This document shows, piece by piece, positions 45,570-60,500 of a stretch of DNA of 64,000 nucleotides (position 1 is the stretch's first letter; each line of letters begins with the position of its first letter). The stretch spans positions 6,386,001 to 6,450,000 of the forward strand of contig NC_134031.1 in NCBI RefSeq assembly GCF_964204645.1. Reading direction: 5' to 3'. The notes beneath the pieces were generated by a model. That model was not told the origin of the DNA. It saw nothing but the letters and a program-made list of their open reading frames with translations, and ran no database searches. A program made the translations under genes and the position numbers. The stretch comes from Tubulanus polymorphus (taxonomy: Eukaryota > Animalia > Nemertea).

Positions 45570-48500
45570 CTATGATTTACTAGCGCCCCCACGCGGTTTG
45601 ATCGTTTCCGATATCTGCCACAGAGATTCCTCGCACAGTACGTCGTCGAAATTGTTGAACATCAATATGATCTTCGAATGTCGTTTGAACGGATAATCGC
45701 TGCAACGATAGAAAGAAAAAAAAAACGGTGAAACCGGTTAGAAGAAAGCGCAAAACAGCTACCGGTAGATATGTCTTAAGGCGTACGCATTTTGTACCGT
45801 GCTAAGTCAGATGTACAGTCAACTCCGATATAATGTCCTCCCATTTACCGCCACCCCCGCCTACCGCCAGGTTTTCTCTATGTACATCTCCATACAAATA
45901 CAGAGTAAAACATCCAATATACCAATCATTGCCTTACCATTTTCTGAATCTGCGCAGGGCGTCGAGCAAGTTGAAAAACTGCCATCGCTTCGAAAAGTTG
46001 ACATTTCCATCCGGGAGTAAATCGGGGTTACCGATGTGGACGAACGTCAAATCTTGAAGTATCATTCCGCTGGAGAGAAAAACATATGCGTCAAATATTC
46101 GTCAGAATTCTCGCCCAGTTGATCAGGTACGAATAATACAGCAAAGTAAAATCGAAATGCTTACATATATGGAATACAGGGAGGTTCCGTTTCAGCGAGG
46201 GCGTGTCTATAAGCCCGGAATGACTGTGAGCTGTCAATCAAATCACACATATCCTTCAATGTCTACAAAACATCAATCAATAACATTTTAAGCAAATAGA
46301 TATGTAAACTTTGAGAGTTGGTCTGTTATCAAGCTGACCCTCTGAACGTAGTTCCAGTTCTTGGTAAATTTTGACTCTCTGAAATTTGAACAGAGAACGG
46401 TGGAACTGGGTTGTGCTTTAACTCCAGGAACTACAATGATTCATTAGTTTTCGGTTTTCATACTCCCCTCGAACTTGATATTGGTTTCAGGAGTTTTAAA
46501 ATCAATTCATACTTACATCAGTAATAGTTTTAGGCCACTCGAGACGTCCGACCGGGGCTGAATTCAACGCTGACAATATGGCCAGGTACGAATTAAAGTT
46601 ATGCATCTTGCGCAGGTATTTCATGATTTTGATGAACTTCAGCATGATTTTCTCGCGGTCTTTGCTGTCGTCTTTTTCGAGAATCCGCGTTCGCACCCAG
46701 TACGACATTTTGTTGAAATGCTCCGTGAATCTCGTCAGATTCGGACTCAGTTCCTCCGATTGCTCCTTCGCCCACGATAACGTCTCTGGAATCTGAAATA
46801 CAATTTAAGAAAATCTCTTCATTCAATTGACGAATCATTCGACACACATTTAGCTACCGGTAGATGAAACTGAAGCATGAAAAGTTGAAAAAATATATAC
46901 AACAGTTTATTCGGACAGCTCCGAAGTTTTCAATAAACTTCATCGTCAGAGAAATGAAAATGTTTATTATATCATTATATCATTGCTCATTAACTCTGAA
47001 ATATTGAGATTAATATCAGTACTTCAGAGTTAATGAGTAAGTCATCCAGTAATTGTTCAGAGTTAAAATTTGACCCCGAGTTAACTCATTGAAAATGAAC
47101 TAATTTTAACTCAGAGTTAACTCTAACTCACAACTGAGGAACTGGGTCCTGGATGCCGAGTGATTAGGTTTAACTCAGAGTTCAAATTAAAATTGTAGTT
47201 CATTTTCAATTAGTGAACTCAACTCAAATTTTAAAGCAAAACTATGTTGAAGCGCAATAGGTCTGAAATATTTTAGAAAGTCGCTAGATAAGAATTATTA
47301 TTATTATCATCATTTTCATTAATTATTTTCAAAGATGTTGCTGGTACCACCAATTCTGGATTCAATAAATTTGACTTCGAGACTTACTTCGATTTTAAGG
47401 AATAGATCAGCGTCAAGTAACGTCATTTGTTCGGCAATATCGTGCGACTTAAAATCCAACATCGACAGAACTCTGAAAAACCAATATCAAAAACATCAAT
47501 AATCAAATCAATCAATCAATCGCACATGACATTTGGGTCGAATGAATAATGTCTTAATCATTTCTAACCCGAAACCAGAACTACTTTTTCTTACTTGTTT
47601 GTAATCGGTATAGATGTAAGTAGCGGCGCATCCTGTAATTGTCGACGCAACTCGCATTTTTCGAGAAGTTTCTTGCGCAAAACTTTGGCCAGCATCAGTT
47701 CGCCGTCGCACAACAGTTGAAACACTAGATTCGACAACATGTTCACGATATCATCGTTTATATCGGTGCTGAAAATGAAAAGAAATCGATAGGTCTATCA
47801 TAAATGTTTTTGTTTGTGCATTCCTACAGTACAAATCAATCGCGGACATCATTCTTCCACAGGATCCGGCGAAGGTCATTTCGAATATTTCTTATTCGTA
47901 ATTGATTTATCGAGGAGAAAATTTGGAGAGATTGTTGACAAACATTCTTAGCCGACGCCATTAACTACCTGTAGCCACTCACTACTACTATGTGGAGTGG
48001 CTCCAGCATCCAAATCATGGTATTTACAAGCATCCCTTCAATATAAGCCATTATTCAAAATGGATGGCTCTAAATCATGGTATTTTAGAAGCTTTGATGA
48101 TTTGGAGCCAAAGGGTGCTTCCAAATACCACATTTACAGCACCCCTGATTGATAATGGCTTCTTGGAGCCAAAGGATCCTTCCAGAGGCTTCCAAGTACC
48201 ACATTTGCAGCCACCCTTGATTGATAATGGCTTCACACTATCGTTTTCGATGTTCAAATCCCTGTCTCAGGAGGGAAAAACGTACCACAATTCATCAACG
48301 ACGCGTATAATCAACGAAAACGTATTTCGGGACAGACGTTTCTTTTTGTCGTCGGTGGAATGACAGAATCTGTTGTAACGATACAGTAATTTCTTCAGCA
48401 ATTCATCCGACTGTATGAACGTCCTGTAGGTCGTTAGGAATGCTTCCTGATACATGAAATCTATATAGGAAAAGAAGTGGAAATCTCATGAAAAACGAAT

Positions 48501-51500
48501 TGACGAGATGTAAAAATGCCATGGAGTTCAATTTTGTGGTCTGAGGGTATTTCCTACCCCCTTTAGCCGCAATCACACACAGCTGATTTGGCATTTTATT
48601 GAAAAGTTATCACCACGAAGCATTGAAATTCAGATCGACCAGACCATCATCACTCGTCATTCAAATGGTGATTTGAATATTTTAAGGGGTGCAGGGTACT
48701 GGCAGCAGATTGATACCCGCATTGAAACAAAGTAAAAAATATGACTGAGAAATTGCTTTGAGTTTAAGATGTAAACATTGAGAGCTAAGACCAAAAATCC
48801 CACAAGTGACTAAAACATTAACAGGGCTGTATTTAGCAGAGAGGCAGTTGATCCCTACACATTTTTGCAAATATCATTGTTACATCCTATAGGACTTCCC
48901 TTTTTTGGGTTTCTCTGCCCCTCAAAATTCATATGCTAGGTACAGCCCTGATTTACCAAATATTATTAGAAAAATTTCGAGCGGTCAAAACTGCCCTGCT
49001 TCTGTCTAAAATAATACGTCAAATAAAATAGTAAATAGAAAATGCGAATCAGATAGTTGGGGAACTGATATTTATTGTAATTTTTATTTGAACTCGATTA
49101 ACAATTGTGGGATTTTACGTCAGATTAATGCATTTTAGAGACAAATCTTACTGTTTCTGCCGGCGACTGCCGCGTGTACGATCAACGTATCTCTAGCTCC
49201 GCCTCTGATTTCGCAACTGTCGTCGTCTTCTTCGGTCTTCTTTAACAACATGTTGGAAACGTCGACCAAATCCAGCGGGTTATCCTCCGCCGAACTCGTC
49301 GACGACGCATTACCATCTGGCATCGCCTCACGCGGCGACGGAAGCATTCGCGTGTCGTCGCCGACCGGAGCCGACGATCTCTTCAATTCGCTGAAATTAA
49401 ATCGACGTTTACGGACGGCGTACAAGGACGTCATCATTATCGTGGTATTCATGCCAACCATATTGATATTCGGAGAATAGTCCCAGCGACGGTGGAGTTA
49501 AAACTTCTGATTCGAATTGGAACAACCTGCAGGGGTCATTTCTTTCTTTATACACCAACTTATAATGCTAATTAATTGCTGATTACGCTTGAGAAAGTCA
49601 TCACGCTATAATTGAAAACTGGCTCTTTGATGTCTTTTGTTAGATAGAGGGAAAGTTTGGCCACAGTTTGTCCACTGTTGTAGAACAGTAAGTGGAACTG
49701 TGAATAATTGCACTAACTGTCTAATTGCATTATTCGGTCATTAACTAGACTGAAATAGTAATAATAATCTACTATGTATACTTAGACGAAATAATAAATA
49801 CAATCAATATAACATACTATCAATGATGCACTAAAATCCACCATGTTCAATCTAAAATCAGAATATTAAGATGATGGACCTATAAAAACTAGTTTAAAAG
49901 ACTCGAGGTGTGGACAAATAGTACTTTGAAGATTAACAGGATTTCATATTGAGCATAAGCTTTTCCTTCTAGTGTATTGTAACTTTATCAGGAGAATGAT
50001 GAAGCTAGTTAGCCTTAAAAGTGTTTTTTGTCATCCCATTTACTGACTTAAAAGACTTGTGTTCTGTAGTGCCCTTAGGCAAGGCATTAATTCACATTTG
50101 CTACTGGACAGATGTAGTACCTTGTATCGCTGAACAATCTCCCCAGGAAGAGTAAGATGAAAGTATGTCAGTTAAGGTCCGGGGTAAAAATAATCTTGTG
50201 GAATGACCGAGCTGGTGAACATTAATACAATGAAACAGGCGCTATACAAAAGTCGAGATATTATTATCATTACCGGTATTATTAATTATAGCTAGCACCA
50301 TTACATGAAAGTGCGGGACCAAGTTCCACAGTTGTGAATTAAGATTTGACTCAGAGTTAACTCATCGCAAATGAACTAATTTTAACTCAGAGTTAATACT
50401 AACTCACGACTGTGGAACTGGCCACTGTTGATATAAATGGTGCTGCCATAAAATGTTGCAAGGTCGAAGAGAAATTCCAGCAAAAATATGAATTATACCT
50501 GTCAAAAGTGAATCTATCGTTACTGCCTTCGGCGAGACTGGCTGAATTCGACTTCTCTTTCGGAGTTTTCAGCGATCCGGCGACTGGTTTCGCGACCGAG
50601 GTCTGACCGTGAGGAGACTGAAATACGCAGATAGAAAAAATCAAACAACCGGTACGTAGATGAATCCGAATTCGAGAAACGAGAAACACTACTCGATGAA
50701 ATGGAATACATACTTTGATACGTTTAGGGGGCAGAACGGGAATGACAGGCGACCTAGGGGGCGGTGTCTCCAAGAATACATCATCGCTTTTCCTGGATGA
50801 AGACGACAGCTGAAATAATGAAACATACACGGATTCTGCCAGGTTCGCTAGTGGTTACACGGTTACCCCGTCTCAATTTCTTCTACATTTCAATTAAATT
50901 CGAGTCAACTTTTCTCATTAGTAAATAAATTTTCAGTGAAATCTATACCATACATTGAGTGAGAAAGCGAATCTTATATCTATCCAGTGACTACTTGTTT
51001 GATAATTTTTATATTTGGAAGCCTGGCAAATTATAGTTTTGGCACTGCAGTTCCCCTTTTAATCTAAACCCAAAACTGTGTGTGGATCCAGAATTGGAAA
51101 TCCTGATCTAAAATTACAGCAGTAGGGTCCAGAATTGGAAATCCCGATCTGTATCATAGTACCGGTAGTAGATCTTCAGCGATCTAACACCGATATATCA
51201 AACATAAGTAGGTAACCCACAGCTGTGTAACCAGGTATAGAAACCATGGGAGATTAGCCTTGAAACTTCAGTCAAGCCCGCTTAATCTAGATTGGCTTAA
51301 GCTGGATTTTGGTCTAACCCTGACATTTCATGCTGTCCATTCTTTCATTAATATACACAAAAATGAGTTTTTAATCCGGATTTCTGTATGCTCCAGATCA
51401 AATCATCGGTCCCGAATGATCCCAATCAAGCGGGTTCTACTCTAGTTTATTCTTCTATCATTCGTGTCGATATTCAAATCTAAACCCATCACTGAACATC

Positions 51501-54500
51501 CTCCCTCGGCAGGGATTTGATCCTGATGGCATCGCTACACTCAGCTATGGCACGAAAACCCTGCCACACTAGACCGGGTGAGCACCAATCAGATTGCTCA
51601 TTGTACAATCGCTGAGGTCAATTTCACGGAAGAACTATAGATGGGAAAACCCGGGCTAAAATAAAACGGGATATCTGATTGGTTAATAATGACATCATCT
51701 AAGCTGCGCGATCGTTCTAGTGTGGCAGGGTTTCGTACCATGGCAATCTCGATGCCATCAGGTTAGAATCCCTGCCAGGGGAGGATGATCACCAAATAGG
51801 TCTAGAAATCATTTCCAAATATCGAACCCACCGGGTCTGGTACAAGTGACAAATATGGGAATACCTGCGACATGACGCTCAACGTTTTCGATCGCGGATG
51901 GTACGGTTGGAATATTTCTAGCTGATGTTGTTGCCACTGCGTTTGATAGAAACTCGTTGAATGTTGAGCGAACGTTTGTTTCACGATGTCCTTGAAGTAA
52001 TCTTTCGCGTTCGCGTAACCGCCGAACATTTGCATGTATTCCTCAACTGAAAACAATAAGGTAATAATTGATGATAATGATTTGTGAATATTTGTATGGC
52101 ACAAGAATCCAATTCGATACAGTTCGAATGCCCTCATTCTTTTTCAATTACATGTAGTAATATTCCGAATAATACTCAATTGAAACTACCTAACCAAACA
52201 GCTGATGCAGTGTCTGAATAACGTTATTTGAGTATACATAATATTTTCTTAAAATGGTCGTTCTAAAGCCTAAATTAAGTGGGTGGAGGATAAGGGAAGT
52301 AAAGCTATGTTTTCTTAGTAACGGCAAGGCAGAAAATTACACTTGCGTATACCAATACTTATCCATTTATTCAATTGTCTTGACGTACAGCTACGACATA
52401 AGGGTGTGCGAAATCTGAAAGGGTTTGAAGGCAAAGGGGCAGAAAGGCGCAAATGAAATCTGATAAATACAAAGGATTCTACCCAGTCAGTTATATGGTA
52501 TTAGGTGAAGTCTGTGAGCTTCCAGTGTCATCAGTGTCTATCCACTGTCGTACGGGTTGGTTGCTAGTTGGTTAAGATGAAAATGAAGTTCGAAAGAAAC
52601 AAATGGAATGTTATTCTTCTGTACTTAGTACTTCGGTACCAAATGTATCATCTATGTAAAGTTGTGACTTTTTTGTCAAATATGGTGTATTCTTTATTCT
52701 ATAATATGAATCATAATCGCAAACAGTCCCTCCGTATACCCTTTATTCGAAGTGATGGCGTAGATAAGATTATAAATTTCAATTTCACTAATCGGAAATC
52801 TAGTAACCTGACATCTCGTTATACATGACGCATAACCCAGGCTTCAACAGACACATAGTACTTGTCGCACACTATAGTACATTACACAGAACCAAGAGCA
52901 CGTAAATAAATAGAAATTTTTTCAACGAATTGATACTAGGCAAGTTGATAAAATGAGAACGAAAAATCAATTTACCGTGTCGTTTTTTCGGCGGAAGAGG
53001 TGGCGGATTAACGGCCACAACCTCGTCTCCGGCCGCTCGCATAGACTGCGGCGAGTTATTACTCATCACGAGTTTCGAGTACGCCTGTGTCATCGCCACG
53101 ACGCCATGAGCTTCGCCGTCGCTCGAAACGCGCTGTTCGCCGGCTAACTTTTTGACGGCGCGGTTCTGCTCGGCATTGACGCACGCGATTCTCTCGCCGT
53201 CGGCCGACTCGCTAACGACTCCGTCCGCGAATCGTGTCACGCACTTGTCGCCGCCGGCGAATCTCATGTTCACGCTGCCGTCGTCGTTCGATTCCTTCTC
53301 GGCGGCGAGTTTCCGCATCCGCACGCCCTCGGCCGATTCGAACTTCGCCGTTTTGTTGCCGTCGATTTCGTCGATCCGGCCGTGGAACTGTTTCATTGTG
53401 CTCTTCTCCTCGCTTGCGAACGACTCCGTCACGCCGCCGTTCGCGTCCGAGCGGCTGACGCGCTGCGACGATGCCGCGTACTGTTGACTGGTCGTCGAAA
53501 TCTTCGACATTGACGACGCGGACGACGATGACGTCGATGTCGACGTACCGCTGGCGATGAACTGCTGCTGGTGCACGACCGATTTACGCGAGACGACCTT
53601 CATCTGTTGGAAACTGTGCGACGAACTGCTCGCGCTCAACGACCGCATCGTCGAACTCGGCGATATACGACTGACCTCGGCGCTCCCGCCGAATCCTGTC
53701 GAGCCGAAATCCGCCATGCCTAACTTCGAGCGCACGTCCGCGATCAGACTCTCGGTGTTCATTGCCGCATCGAAGCTCGACCGTTCGATAAGCGAGCGTT
53801 TCTTGTCGGGCAACGGCGGCGTTCCGGAACCGCTGCGGTTCGACGAGGACATCAACTCCTGCAGTTGGTCGGACAACCCGGCAACGTCCGTAGCGGTCGA
53901 CTGGAAACCGTTCGTCGGTTCGTTATCGTATTGCGACACACATCGCTCGATCAGCCGTCTGCTCGGCGACGTACGCGAGCTGCCTCCGCCGCCGCCCGGC
54001 GACGACGTCAGCAAATCTTCGCGTGACTTATTCAAACCGGAACTGACGCTGCTCGCCGGGGACAAGTCGACCGGCGACAGACTGGCCGGCGTTATGTTCC
54101 CCTCAGCGAAATTCATCGCGCGTCGTGAACGCGGCGAGTGCGAGAGTATCAACGAAGCGACCGGTTCAACGGGCGACGAAACCGATCTGGTTTTGGTCGG
54201 CAGAGGTGGCGGAGTTTCGTGGAAATTCCTAAAATTAGAAATATTGATACATTATTATAAACAGATCTTGCAGTCATTAACTTAATTAGTTTTGCTGCGT
54301 GGCAATGCTATCAGTACTGAACCACGGGCCCCAATTTATACATAAACTAGCAGGGTACCCGTCTTAGACGGGTTGGTTGATGACATAAACATATCAGTTA
54401 CAGTAATAAGAAAAATAGGTGATGAACTTCCTCACATGTAGGCTGTAGTACACTAAATTCTTCACAGAGGGAGATATCTTCGAAAATGGCTGATGATGTT

Positions 54501-57500
54501 TTGTACTTCACTTTGTTATGATTTTCTTTTACTAAATATAATGCCTCCTCGTATTTTTCACATTTTAAACCATGCTAAAAACCTTCCCATTGTTATCTAG
54601 GCCAAGGAATTATCGCATCATCACGAAACACCCACCCAATAACCGTGAAGTGTCCTCCAAAAAAACTTCCAACCAATTTCTATATAGTTATCTAGATTAA
54701 TAATAATAATAATTGTCATTTATAACGCGCAAGTATCCTTTGACAGATCAAATGCGCTTTCCGAGAGTTAATGGTATGGTGCATGGAACAAAGTTGTTTT
54801 GAGATGGGTCTTGAAGCTATTGAGGTCGAGAGATAACCATCAAGATAGTTCGTGAGAGTTAGATTACAATGCACAAACAGATCGGTCATTCTCCACGGTC
54901 GCTGCTACGTCAATAACGCCTCGACTTACTGGAATATCTGCGGGTACGGAAACGGAATTTCCACCGATTCTTGCGACGTCTGCTGGTAGTTGATCAACGG
55001 AGGTTTAGGAGGTGGCTGACCGTGACCTAACATCAGTTTCGGTAAAGGAGGTTTAGGGGGAGGTGCGTCGTCGTCGTCGCGTTGCCGGTGATTATTGTTC
55101 CTCGGCTCCGGTGATTCCGACGATCGCAACGACTGTTCTAGTTTACTGGTTTGTTGTATGATTTCCATCTCTCTCGGAGTCAGAGGAATGTCCGGCAACG
55201 ATTTCCTGTAAATTGATTATTATTTATCATTAGACGTTCATAACACGAATACCAAGTACATCGCATTAAAAGTATACGGTGGCGTTGGAAGAACAGAAGC
55301 GAAATTCGCAGCAATAGTTTACTGAATGATGTTTTTTCCCCCTTTTGAATATCATGTTTTTGACAAAAATGAATATATCAGAACCTGTAAAAAATCGGTG
55401 ATTGGCTGCGGCAATCACACATTGCTTCCAACGCCACTGGTATACCCCTTGGAGTACCTATTCATAATTTATCTTTACGATTCAGAAGTACGTAATCTTT
55501 CTTTTAAGTTGTTTTTCTTATATGCAATAGTTATGACTGTATTTTTGTATTGTACTTTTTAGTCAAGAAATAAACTATAACAAATATGTCTTATTTGACA
55601 CGAGCTTCTACGAATTCAACTCAATTCTTATCAATACAAAAAAGCTGATGGAACTTGATTATTTGAAACCTTCTGGCGGTAGTCTATCAACATTATGGCT
55701 AATTTACCATACTCTTAAGAGAGCATTCAGTATCTAGTTTAGTATCAAATTATCTGTCAGGAATGAAAGCGCAATTGCGATCATTTAGATCTGATGTTCA
55801 TTCGTCTTACCCAAGGGCGGAGCCACGATTTTTGGAAGGTGGGGACCAGGGTACTGAAGGGTACAAAAGTAATCGCGAAAGGGCACCCCGAAAGGTATTT
55901 GATGGCTGTCATGAGGGAATAAATCGAATTTCTTTACAAAATGAAGAAAATAACTCTTTCCTAAAGATTTCGCCCTTGCTAGCATCACAAAAATGCTGGC
56001 ACATAGAATATATAAAATTCAGAATAAATATACATTTCTCACAAATCTTGAGTATGGCTAGTAATTATGCTCACTGGTTTATACAAATGTATCAACTCAT
56101 TCTGAAAAGGTTCAAAAATTCATAAAAATGAACTTTAAAATGGCTTTACTTAAGCTTGGAGTAATCAAATGATTACTCCAAGATTTAGCAATTTCGATAT
56201 CGCATTTCTAGATAACCCGACATAAACGATGGATGATTTTAATGTCTATAAACCCCATACTGGCGTAGAGGATATGAGCGTAGGCCGGTGTTAATGATAA
56301 TAGGCGGGTGTTAATAATGACTCATAACTATTTCTATTTATTAGCGTCTTACGCACAGCTATAATAGCGAACATACTGCAACTTCATCATTACCGAGTAT
56401 CTATATTACATAATCCGAAATATGGCGCTTGGCCGGATCTTTGTCAGATGTTTAAACAAGTTTCAATTCTCCCTTTCCTCTGCTCGACCTTTCTCCTCAG
56501 CCTCCCTTTATAGCTCTTGCTCTCTCCCTCTGGCATCCATGCTCTCCCCCTTTCTCCTCTCCTCCCTCTCCCTCTCAAAATTCTGTAAATTCGAACGCCA
56601 AACTCACAACTATATTCGTATTCCCATTTTCCGATTTCAAAATCAACCCCCCTGTTTCATTCCCGGCTGGGGTGGTGGGTTTGGAAGGGACACCAAATCG
56701 AAACAAAAATCAAACTTAATCAGCGAATCAAATAAATAATGGGGTCAATTCCTATAAAAGATTAAGAAATATCGTTCCCGTAGTTATATGAATTAAAAAT
56801 TTCAAAATTTTTCCCAGGTATATCATGGGTGTTTTTTCAATTTTCAACAGAGATGAACAGATACCATCACCCTACAGTCAACATTTTAGTGATGACTGGT
56901 TGATAAAAAGGTTATTTTCAAGGGATATCGCTGAATGCCCTTGGCAAATGAAATATAATACTAGAAATGTAAATCAATTTCCCAAATATTTCCCCCATTC
57001 GAAGAAAATTTTTCAAATTCCCGAATATTTCAAAACTGGGAATAGTTTTATTCAAAATTCCCATTTTCCCCTGATCTGCGGAAACCATGAAAAAAGAATA
57101 TTCATCAAATTCTTAGAACAAAAGTTCCCCCATCCCCGATCCTACTCGATGCGCAAGAAACCCTTCGATCTTCAATCTCAATTTACCCGGATCGACTGAT
57201 ACCCGGTTTAGCTAATCGATTTCTACATCGACGACACGGAGGCACTAGTCGCAGTCGAAAATTATATCATCTAGCGAATTGAAAACGTTGGAAAATCGAT
57301 GAAATTCAATCGTTTCGATTTAAGTCGAGATGACGTTTGACGACGTTGAATTCGTCGATCGCGGATTACGAAGAAAATGACGTTCGTTTCGCGATTGGAA
57401 TCTGTTCGTCGTGCAGCGACGCAAATTTTTCCCGCCTCGCGAATAACGATAATAATACATGTAAATCCGTAGTTTAGACACAAATTCCAAATTTGTCGAC

Positions 57501-60500
57501 ATGAAATGTTATATTAGGTTAAACTGTGGGCACTTTGGCCCATTTTCGCCAATTCCCCGAATTTTCTCTGACTTTTCCACACAAAATTCCCTGAGTGAAT
57601 CCTGAGAAATTTTGTGGTTCAAATTGTTATAATAAGCGCTTTCACATGACGAAAATTTAGACCGATCTAAAATTAGGTTCGGTCTAACCCTGGATCAAGC
57701 GTTCACATGGGCAAAAGTACCGTTCCAAATTAGACCAAAATTTGGTCCGGTCTAAATTTGGACCGGACCAAGTACGGACCCGGTCAAATCCCTGAAGTTT
57801 TCGCTGATTTTTCATGCGATTACACAACAAACTTCCTTAGTGAATCGGAGCATATTCTATTCTGGATTTTTAAAATCATGTTACGATTCATTCATTCATT
57901 TTTCATTTCAAGAAATACGTGGTCAACGACATTATCCGAATTCCCCGAGTTTTCCAGGTTTTCGGCAAAACTCGTCAAATCCCCCCCGCCTTATTTTCTC
58001 GATTCCCCGACTTTTCCAGATTTTCCGCCGCCCCGTGTTACAGAAATGTTATAACGTTTATGGGAAAACAATACACCGATAACGGATAGTCGGAATTTAA
58101 TTAGCCTCCTCGGAACAGAAATAGAATACTGAATGTGTGTGACGACAATAGAATGGGAAGAGTTCATAATTGGAGATGACTCAATTACAATCAGGGTAAT
58201 CTATATACACACATATATAGATACATCATATGTACCGGATAATGGATGGGTATAGTCAGTGTTCATATATGACACAATCAAACAGTTTTCAATTTAGTAT
58301 TATTTGTTCGGACAAGAGAGACTCGCAGGAGATGTCGCGCTGTCTGGAAAAGATATATCGACCCCTCCCCTAATGCTCACCATCTCCGGTCAACTCACTC
58401 CCATCCTCCCTCTCACTCCCTCAGTCTCCATCCCGACCAAACGATCCCCTCGGCGGTGTACTCCGTATGCCGCAATCTTTTAGGGGGCTGCGTTCATTTT
58501 GTTAAGTGTATGACATCACCGCTGCTGAAGTAGCAAGGCTTTCGATCCGCAAAAACATGAGAGAAAACTAAGCTTAATTTTGGTGGAGTCTTCTATTTTT
58601 CACGTGAGCTCAATTCATTTCGAAGCAATGAGGACACTAGGATTCCACTTGTGGCAAGCGAGGATGCAGCGAGGATTCACCAGGTTCGCCAGTGTGCACT
58701 CAGAGAACAACTCCCGGATTCTTCTCATATTCAATTAAAGTCTATCCATAATTTCTCGAATTCTTTGAATGGCGATCAGTAAAAACCACCTTAAATATGA
58801 ACCTTAAGATCATCTGAGTTTATCAAAATGAGTGATTTGCCCAATTTCTGACGAGGGAGGCTAAAAATCTAGATGAAAGTTCATTGAAAATGAACTAGAT
58901 TTTGACATGATCGTCGCACTGTTACGCACGCCATCTAGCGGGATAACTGGTGGCACGAAGTCCTCATTGTCAGCATTGATAAAATATTGACATCCGCTTT
59001 GGTTGGGGCAGCAGATATTCTATAAGGGGTGGCTGATTTTTACAGAGGACGGGTGGATGTGAAAATGAAAGGGGTGCCCATCCCTCCTGCGGAGAAAACT
59101 ACCTGGCTCTCTCCTTCTCCTCTTTCTCCCTCTCCCCTCACTCCACTCGCTCCCCGTCTCTTCCTTTTTGGTGCCCTCTCTCCCGTCCAATTATTTCTCT
59201 CAAATCTCTGAACATCAAATCCACTCTTACGCCCTCTCATTCGCTCCTTTAGAACCCACTCACTCCGTTCTTCCCATTCTCATTCCCACTCCTGGCTGGC
59301 AACAATCCCCCGAGTTTTCGCCGATTTTTCCATGCGTTTACTCAAAATTGAATCAGGGAAATTTCTAATGTTACAAATCATTCATTTTTCAGTGAATCAG
59401 TGAAGATACACGCGGTCAATATCACTATCCGAATTCTAGGTTTCTGGAAGAATTTGTCAAATTCCCCGCGTTTTTTTCTCTACATTTCTCCGATTCCCTG
59501 AGTTTTCCAGGTTATCCACTCGGGTCAGTGGCCACCCAGCGTTCTCACCACCCCGACCCGCCTATCGTGAACGTATCAATTCCCAATCGACCCGACGCGT
59601 TCTCTTCTCCAGAAAATGTATGCATGAAATCATCACGCATCAATGATCACACGTTGTCTTTCATCGATACCAGACAGCGATCTGATGAATAAAGATACAG
59701 CGTCTCAGATAACGCGATTTCGTCTCGACGAAATGTCCGCTTATAATTACATACGTCGCTGAAGACAAATACTAATCTGTTACATATCTTAATCGTTAGG
59801 CGATATAGAAATACTATGAAATTTGAAAACTAGCTCGATGAAGAATAAGTGACGAGTTTATTGCAATGGGATACCGGCAAGGCTACTGTGGGAAGCGAGG
59901 ATTCGGCGATAATCTGCGAGGATCGCTAGTGGCACTGTGGTTACCGCGCTTCAATTTCTTCTACATTTCAATTAAATTCGAGTCAACTTTTCCGATTAGT
60001 AAATCAATATTCGGTGAAATCGATACCATCCACTGAGTGAGAAAGGGAATCTTATATCTGTCCAATGAGTCGTTTGATAATTTTCTCATTTGTAAGCCTA
60101 AAAGTGAAGTTCAAATTTTATCGAAAATGAACTGATTTTCACTACGAAAAACACAGTGTTTTGTCGCACCATCTGGTGTTGCCGGTATCCCATTGAATTC
60201 ATACCGCAGAGTATGATTTAGAAAGGACCCGCAACCAGTTTCTGTCTACGCACACACGTGCAGATTTAGTCCATTCCAAAATTCAGAATGGACCTGGCTC
60301 GGTCTTTTAGGTCACGGCAAAATGAAAAAGGGCCAATTTGTAACGAGCAAAATCAAGACCGTTCTAAATAACTTAGTGTGAACGTGGCGAATATAGACAA
60401 GTAGCGATTTGAAAACTAGAGAAAACATGCAAAAAATTCCAAGTCCATTCCAACATTTAGAACGGAACTGGATTGGTCTTTCAGGTCAGTCCAAATTGGA

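Noticed and set aside
47992-48363. 123-aa ORF with repeated PLIDNGF
   Set aside because: Product of an intronic tandem repeat, antisense to a RAPGEF1 exon.
53557-54285. 242-aa plus-strand ORF (and 53152, 53234)
   Set aside because: Antisense shadow of the GC-rich RAPGEF1 exon; no recognisable motifs.
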